From Candidatus Undinarchaeales archaeon (GTDB lineage Archaea > SpSt-1190 > JASMDC01), in assembly GCA_030753015.1 (NCBI GenBank), contig JASMDC010000018.1, forward strand, positions 8,455-72,454: a stretch of 64,000 nucleotides of DNA. The letters run 5' to 3'. The notes beneath the pieces were generated by a model. That model was not told the origin of the DNA. It saw only the letters and a program-made list of their open reading frames with translations, and did not search any database. Made by a program: the position numbers and the translations under genes. Within the stretch, counting starts at the first letter, position 1. Each line of letters opens with the position of its first letter. This document shows positions 59,183 through 64,000 of the stretch, one piece after another.

Positions 59183-59521
59183 ATGCCAACGATGCAGGTG
59201 GATAACGAGGAGATCGAGGAGCTTTCAGGACGCATCCTGAAGGTCATCGGCGAGTACATGACTGAAGTCGCCGAGCTCAATCCCTCCGAGATCGCCCTGG
59301 CGCTGAGCCTTGCTTCCCATAAGCTGTGGGAGGGTGAGGGGCCAGCAGAGGAGGGTAGTGATGCTCCCGAGGCCGAGCCGGAGCCGGCCCCGGCCCCCGA
59401 GCCCGATCCGACCCCCGCCCCGGCCCCCGAGCCCGATCCGATCCCCGCCCCGACGCCTCCCACCCCTGTGGAAGAGCCGTCGAGCGATGACGAGGCCATC
59501 GACTCGTTCCTGGACGAATAG
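59183..59521 (+). CDS. small acidic helical protein with Pro/Glu tail (paralog 1)
   Basis: MPTMQVDNEEIEELS...ELNPSEIALALSL; 24-bp tandem repeat encoding PAPEPDPx. Confidence 0.8.
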   Translation: MPTMQVDNEEIEELSGRILKVIGEYMTEVAELNPSEIALALSLASHKLWEGEGPAEEGSDAPEAEPEPAPAPEPDPTPAPAPEPDPIPAPTPPTPVEEPSSDDEAIDSFLDE

Positions 59522-59631
59522 GGTACACGCTCAGAACGGGGAAGGAACGCAGGACCTCCCGAGAGCGTGAGCTCGGTCCCGGGCGCCGCCTTGGGGCCAT
59601 GTTTTTATTTCTTGGTCCACTCAGCAAGACC

Positions 59632-59802
59632 ATGCCGACGATGCAAGTGGACAACGAGGAGGTGGAGGAACTCTCCAACCGCCTTCTGAAGGTCGTCAAG
59701 GACTATACCGGTGAGGTCGCGGAGCTCAATCCCTCCGAGATCGCCCTGGCACTGAGCCTTGTTCCGTACAAGCTCTGGAAGGAGATGGAAGGAGCGGAGT
59801 AG
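59632..59802 (+). CDS. small acidic helical protein (paralog 2, 56 aa)
   Basis: Near-identical to the N-terminus of 59183-59521. Confidence 0.8.
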   Translation: MPTMQVDNEEVEELSNRLLKVVKDYTGEVAELNPSEIALALSLVPYKLWKEMEGAE

Positions 59803-59811
59803 TAGGCGCCG

Positions 59812-60114
59812 TCACCCGTCAACCTTGAACACGAAGATAGTGCGGTTCGGGCGGGAGAGCTCGACCTTCTTTGCAAGAGCCGTCCGCTCCCCGTCCACGC
59901 GCAGGGGCGATGGGACCAGAAGGTACTGGGAACCGCGGTCCACGAGCTTGGACGCGGCATGGTAGCCCTGGTCGCCGACGAGGATGATCTTGTTACCGAG
60001 CTGGAACTGTTCGCTGAGCCGGTCGCTCTCGATCTCCACGTGCACTCGCAGCTTGCGGTCCTCCTTCAGATGCTCGACACCGACGAGCTTACCCTCGATC
60101 ATGGTCGGATACAA
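59812..60114 (-). CDS. AbrB/SpoVT-like domain protein
   Basis: GSQYLLVPSPLR motif; AGGTGA RBS before TTG. Confidence 0.65.
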   Translation of the reverse strand: MYPTMIEGKLVGVEHLKEDRKLRVHVEIESDRLSEQFQLGNKIILVGDQGYHAASKLVDRGSQYLLVPSPLRVDGERTALAKKVELSRPNRTIFVFKVDG

Positions 60115-60181
60115 GTTTCATCACCTTTATTTAATTTTACCTTAAGATGTATCAGAAATCCTGGCTTCGGGATACGAAGGG

Positions 60182-60496
60182 ATGCGAATGGCCATAATCG
60201 AGAAAGTCGAGGCGGCAGAGGAGGACGAGGACGTCAGGCTCCATGTACGCATGAGCTACGAGGAATTCATCGCCCTTGAAGGGCACATGAAGGGCATCCA
60301 TCTATTCTCTGAGGCGGCGAGCAAACACACGACTACCATCTCGCGCAGGGGGCCGGGGAGCACGAGGTACATCCTCATCCCCAAGGCTCTGCGCAAGGGC
60401 ATCCCTCAATTCATCAAGGATGTACCAGTAACCCGTCTTGCCACGGCCTCTAAGGAATTCATCATCTTCACCATCTCGAAGCGGATACTCGGGTGA
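60182..60496 (+). CDS. AbrB/SpoVT-like domain protein, paralog of the divergent neighbour
   Basis: GSTRYILIPKALRK motif. Confidence 0.7.
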   Translation: MRMAIIEKVEAAEEDEDVRLHVRMSYEEFIALEGHMKGIHLFSEAASKHTTTISRRGPGSTRYILIPKALRKGIPQFIKDVPVTRLATASKEFIIFTISKRILG

Positions 60497-60500
60497 GCAC

Positions 60501-61169
60501 ATGAAGCGCTGCAACACTGGCATCAAGAACCTCGACGCGATGGTCGGGGGCGGCTTCCCTTGTGGGAGCATCATCGGCATCGCCGGCCCTCCAGGCACCG
60601 GGAAGACGAACCTATCCCTCCAGTTCCTCATGGAGGGTGCGAAGAAGGGCGAGAAGGGCTACTACATAACGCTCCAGGAGCCCGTGAGCAACCTCGAGAA
60701 GGCTTACGCCTCCATGTCGTGGGGGAAGGAGTTCGAGACGCTCCGGAAGAAGGGCAAGATCGTCCTCAAGCACCTGCCCTATGCGGATTTCGAGGGGAAC
60801 CTCGACGCCATCGTGGACGAGGTGCTCGCCGACACGAAGGCACATCGCATCGTCATCGACTCCCTAGACGGCCTCATAGAGTTCATGAAAGAGCGCAAGA
60901 GGGGCGTGCGCGCCGTGCTCGATCCCCTCTTCGTGCGCCTGCGGCGTGACGACCTGACCACGGTCGTCGTGCTCGAAGGCTCTGGTGAGAATGGTCCGTC
61001 CAGTGTGGAGAAGTTCCTCGTGGACGGCGTCGTGTCCCTCGACCTGTTATCGTGGGGCGAGCTCGAGCGGCGTGTCTTCATACCCAAGATGCGGTGGACC
61101 GCACAGTACGAGTCGAGCGTGGGATACAAGATCACCAACAAGGGCATCGAGGTCGATAAGCCCGAGTAG
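60501..61169 (+). CDS. KaiC/RAD55-like single-domain ATPase
   Basis: TGIKNLDAMVGGG, GPPGTGKT, IVIDS, VDGVVSL and KMR motifs. Confidence 0.92.
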   Translation: MKRCNTGIKNLDAMVGGGFPCGSIIGIAGPPGTGKTNLSLQFLMEGAKKGEKGYYITLQEPVSNLEKAYASMSWGKEFETLRKKGKIVLKHLPYADFEGNLDAIVDEVLADTKAHRIVIDSLDGLIEFMKERKRGVRAVLDPLFVRLRRDDLTTVVVLEGSGENGPSSVEKFLVDGVVSLDLLSWGELERRVFIPKMRWTAQYESSVGYKITNKGIEVDKPE

Positions 61170-61448
61170 GTCAGCGAGAGCGGTCGCTGGCGAGGCCCGA
61201 CGGGGTATTGTTCAAGGCACCTTCGGATAGATGCTCCTTCGTTTCTCTTGCGGATCCCCGGTCCGTTGTGAGAAACTACCCTTTTACGCTCCTCTACTGA
61301 ATGCGGATAGTGGGCAACGTTGATGTGGGGATGACCGTTCTGGTATGCGGGTGAATGTACAAATATGGGGATATTAAATCACAATATTGGATACAAAAGT
61401 CCTCAAAATAGTAAAATATATGAGTGGACTATATGACATAGACCCGAC

Positions 61449-62552
61449 ATGGGAAAGAATCTGACGATATTCGACACTACTTTGCGTGATGGCGAGCAGA
61501 TGCCCCACGTCGTGTTCTCCAAGGAGCAGAAGCTCGAGCTCGCTATGCTCTTCTCGGAGTTCGGAGTCGCATACATCGACATCATGCCCTTCATCTCGTC
61601 CCATGAGCTCGAGGTCACTCGGGAACTTGCCCGGCTCGATATGTCCGCTGAGATCGTCGCATCGTGCCGGATGATGCGAAAGGATATCGATACCGTCCAC
61701 CAGTGCGGAGTCCGTCGCATCTGCCTCTTCACGCCGCTGTCCGACCTCCACCTGGAGCGCAAGCTCGGCATCAGCAAGGAGCGGAACCTCGAGCGCTCGC
61801 TCGAGATGATCGATTATGCTCGTCGGAAGGGCCTTGCCGTCGATTTCGCCTGCGAGGACTACTCGCGCGCCGACAAGGATTACCGTTTGCAGTTCGTCGA
61901 TCGGATCTCCGACAAGGTGGGGACCTTCTTCCTGGCCGATACGACGGGATGCAAGACTCCCTCGGAGACCTTCGACATGGTGAAGGCGATCACGAGTCGG
62001 TGCGACTGCAGGATCGGACTGCACGAGCACAACGACTTTGGGATGGCGACTGCCAACACGCTCGAGGGGATCCGCGCGGGCGTCGAGGTGTTCTCGGGCA
62101 CGTTCACGGGCATCGGGGAGCGGGCCGGTAACGCCCCCATCGAGGAAGTGTGCGCTGCATTGAAGTTCATCGATAACGTCGACCTTCCCGTCAAATACAA
62201 CCTCCTCAAAAACATCTGTGACCGGGTCCAGGCGTTCTCCGGGATCAGCTTGCATCCCCATAAGCCGATAACAGGCGAGAACGCGTTCTCCCATGAGGCG
62301 GGCATCCACGTCCAGGGCATCCTCACCGATGCGCTGATGTACGAGAACTTCGACCCGGCATTCGTCGGGCATGAGCGGAGGATCTTGTTCGGAAAGCACA
62401 GTGGGAAGGCCGGGCTGAACCATTTCATAGACGATGCGCCGGACGACGAGATACAGATGCTGCTGGAGACCGTCAAAGAGATGTCCCAGGAGCAGGAGCG
62501 GTCGTTCTCTGCTTCTGAAGTGATTGAGCTTCACGGCTCTCTGTTCCGGTAG
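61449..62552 (+). CDS. homocitrate/isopropylmalate synthase family (AksA/LeuA-like, no regulatory domain)
   Basis: DTTLRDGEQ, HEHNDFGMA, GIGERAGN and HEAGIH motifs. Confidence 0.9.
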   Translation: MGKNLTIFDTTLRDGEQMPHVVFSKEQKLELAMLFSEFGVAYIDIMPFISSHELEVTRELARLDMSAEIVASCRMMRKDIDTVHQCGVRRICLFTPLSDLHLERKLGISKERNLERSLEMIDYARRKGLAVDFACEDYSRADKDYRLQFVDRISDKVGTFFLADTTGCKTPSETFDMVKAITSRCDCRIGLHEHNDFGMATANTLEGIRAGVEVFSGTFTGIGERAGNAPIEEVCAALKFIDNVDLPVKYNLLKNICDRVQAFSGISLHPHKPITGENAFSHEAGIHVQGILTDALMYENFDPAFVGHERRILFGKHSGKAGLNHFIDDAPDDEIQMLLETVKEMSQEQERSFSASEVIELHGSLFR

Positions 62553-62561
62553 CGCAGGATC

Positions 62562-63830
62562 GTGTCGGATATGGGCAAGACGCTTGTCGAGAGAATCTGT
62601 TCGGACAGGTGCGGGATGGACGTCTCCGCAGGGGACGCCGTCATCGTGGATCTTGACCATTGCTTCATCCATGACGCCACGGGTCCTCTTGCCGTACGTC
62701 AGCTCGAGCGTCTGGCCGATCTTCAGCGGGAGCGGTTCGATGACACACGGGTATTCTTGGACCATTTCACGCCAAGCCCGAGGATGGGCATCTCCAATGA
62801 TCACGCACTTCTCAGGGATCTTGCCGAAGAGAAGCACTGTTTTCTTTCCCGCGAAGGCGATGGTATCTGCCACCAGATCATGGCGGAGCGATTCGTAGCT
62901 CCTGGCGATGTCGTTGTGGGGGCCGATTCTCACACGTGCATGCTTGGGGCACTATCTGCATTGTCGGTCGGGATGGGATCGACCGATGTCGCGGTCGCCA
63001 TCGCCCTGGGTAGGACCTGGCTACTGGTCCCACAAACTATCAGGATCCTGGTGGATGGTCATCTCCCCTGGGGCGTCTATGCGAAGGACCTGGCCCTGCA
63101 TCTACTTGGCAAGATCAAATCGAACGGTGCAACGTACCGATCCCTGGAATTCTCGGGGACATTGATCGAGGAGCTCAGCCTCGGTGACAGGATGGTGCTC
63201 ACGAACATGGCCGTCGAGTTCGGGGCCAAATGTGGCCTGATGGAATCCGACAGGAGGACCGAGGAATACCTTCGCAGACACGACAGGGGCCACCAGTATA
63301 AAAGGATCGCGGCCGATCCGGACGCCATATACGAAGCGACCATCGAGATAGATGCTGGTGAGCTGGAGCCGAAGATAGCATGTCCCCACTCTCCAGACAA
63401 TGTCACGACTGTGACGAGTGGCGAGTGTAAGAACGTCCGTATCCACCAGGTGTTCATCGGATCGTGTACAAACGGAAGGATCCAAGACCTTCGGATCGCG
63501 GCCAAGATCCTTGACGACAACCAAGTCCATCCGCGGACGAGGTTGCTCGTATCCCCTGCTTCACGAAGGGTCTACAAAGAGGCAGTCTCCGAGGGGCTCA
63601 TTGATACGTTCATTGATGCGGGAGCATCGATAATCCCTCCTGGCTGCGGTCCCTGCGGTGGTGGCCATCAGGGCGTTCTCGCCGACGGGGAGCGTTGTCT
63701 CTCCACATCGAACAGGAACTTCCAGGGTCGGATGGGGAATCCAAATGCGTTCATTTTCCTGGCCAGCCCCGCTACTGCTGCTGCAACGGCACTGCGCGGG
63801 ACGATCACTGACCCGCGGGGGGAGCTATAG
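62562..63830 (+). CDS. leuC: 3-isopropylmalate dehydratase/homoaconitase large subunit
   Basis: GADSHT, GSCTNGR, CGPC and SNRNF motifs. Confidence 0.9.
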   Translation: MSDMGKTLVERICSDRCGMDVSAGDAVIVDLDHCFIHDATGPLAVRQLERLADLQRERFDDTRVFLDHFTPSPRMGISNDHALLRDLAEEKHCFLSREGDGICHQIMAERFVAPGDVVVGADSHTCMLGALSALSVGMGSTDVAVAIALGRTWLLVPQTIRILVDGHLPWGVYAKDLALHLLGKIKSNGATYRSLEFSGTLIEELSLGDRMVLTNMAVEFGAKCGLMESDRRTEEYLRRHDRGHQYKRIAADPDAIYEATIEIDAGELEPKIACPHSPDNVTTVTSGECKNVRIHQVFIGSCTNGRIQDLRIAAKILDDNQVHPRTRLLVSPASRRVYKEAVSEGLIDTFIDAGASIIPPGCGPCGGGHQGVLADGERCLSTSNRNFQGRMGNPNAFIFLASPATAAATALRGTITDPRGEL

Positions 63831-64000
63831 TGATCCTGAGCGGACGTGCGTGGAAGTTCGGGGACGATATAAGTACGGACCTGATTCTTCCGGGTCGTTT
63901 CTTTCCTATCTGCTCTTCCAACGAGGAACTCTTCAAGCATGTGTTCTCCGACATTCGTCCGGATTTCCTCTCCTTGATCGGAAGGGGGGATTTCATCGTG
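63830..64000 (+). CDS. leuD: 3-isopropylmalate dehydratase/homoaconitase small subunit (truncated by window end)
   Basis: GTG start; GRAWKFGDDISTDLILPGRF. Confidence 0.88.
   Translation, partial: MILSGRAWKFGDDISTDLILPGRFFPICSSNEELFKHVFSDIRPDFLSLIGRGDFIV

Noticed and set aside
59380-59455. 24-bp tandem repeat as a possible mini-array
   Set aside because: In-frame Pro-rich linker with no spacers
61374-62933. 519-aa minus-strand ORF
   Set aside because: Antisense shadow of the synthase and leuC genes; typical of high-GC DNA
1-64000. Provirus, IS element or CRISPR-Cas
   Set aside because: No integrase, transposase, capsid, cas gene or repeat-spacer array was seen, and no duplicated tRNA 3' end was noticed

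Overview
GC-rich chromosomal window from an archaeon (gatE, class I HMG-CoA reductase, aMBF1, BHB-intron tRNA, TATA-type promoters). The lineage cannot be fixed from sequence alone. Housekeeping and transport genes are present: gatE, hmgA, uppP, a phosphate-transport cluster, trkAH and an aks/leu-type operon running off the right edge. They are interleaved with many uncharacterised secreted or membrane proteins. No transposase, integrase or CRISPR array was seen. Main points of interest: (1) two tandem paralogous ~1400-1500 aa Cys-rich secreted proteins, within a wider set of disulfide-rich surface proteins plus a thioredoxin-DsbD fusion; (2) a stand-alone box C/D RNA that appears to carry four guides; (3) a two-component cassette bracketed by an inverted 30-bp triple repeat, next to a ~300-nt hairpin-rich non-coding region; (4) an oddly arranged radical-SAM pair; (5) tRNA-Ile(GAT) with a non-canonical 30/31 intron; (6) a divergent AbrB-like paralog pair linked to a KaiC-like ATPase; (7) an RHH-nucleotidyltransferase fusion with a degenerate catalytic motif. 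All family calls come from motif recognition, with no database searches run.
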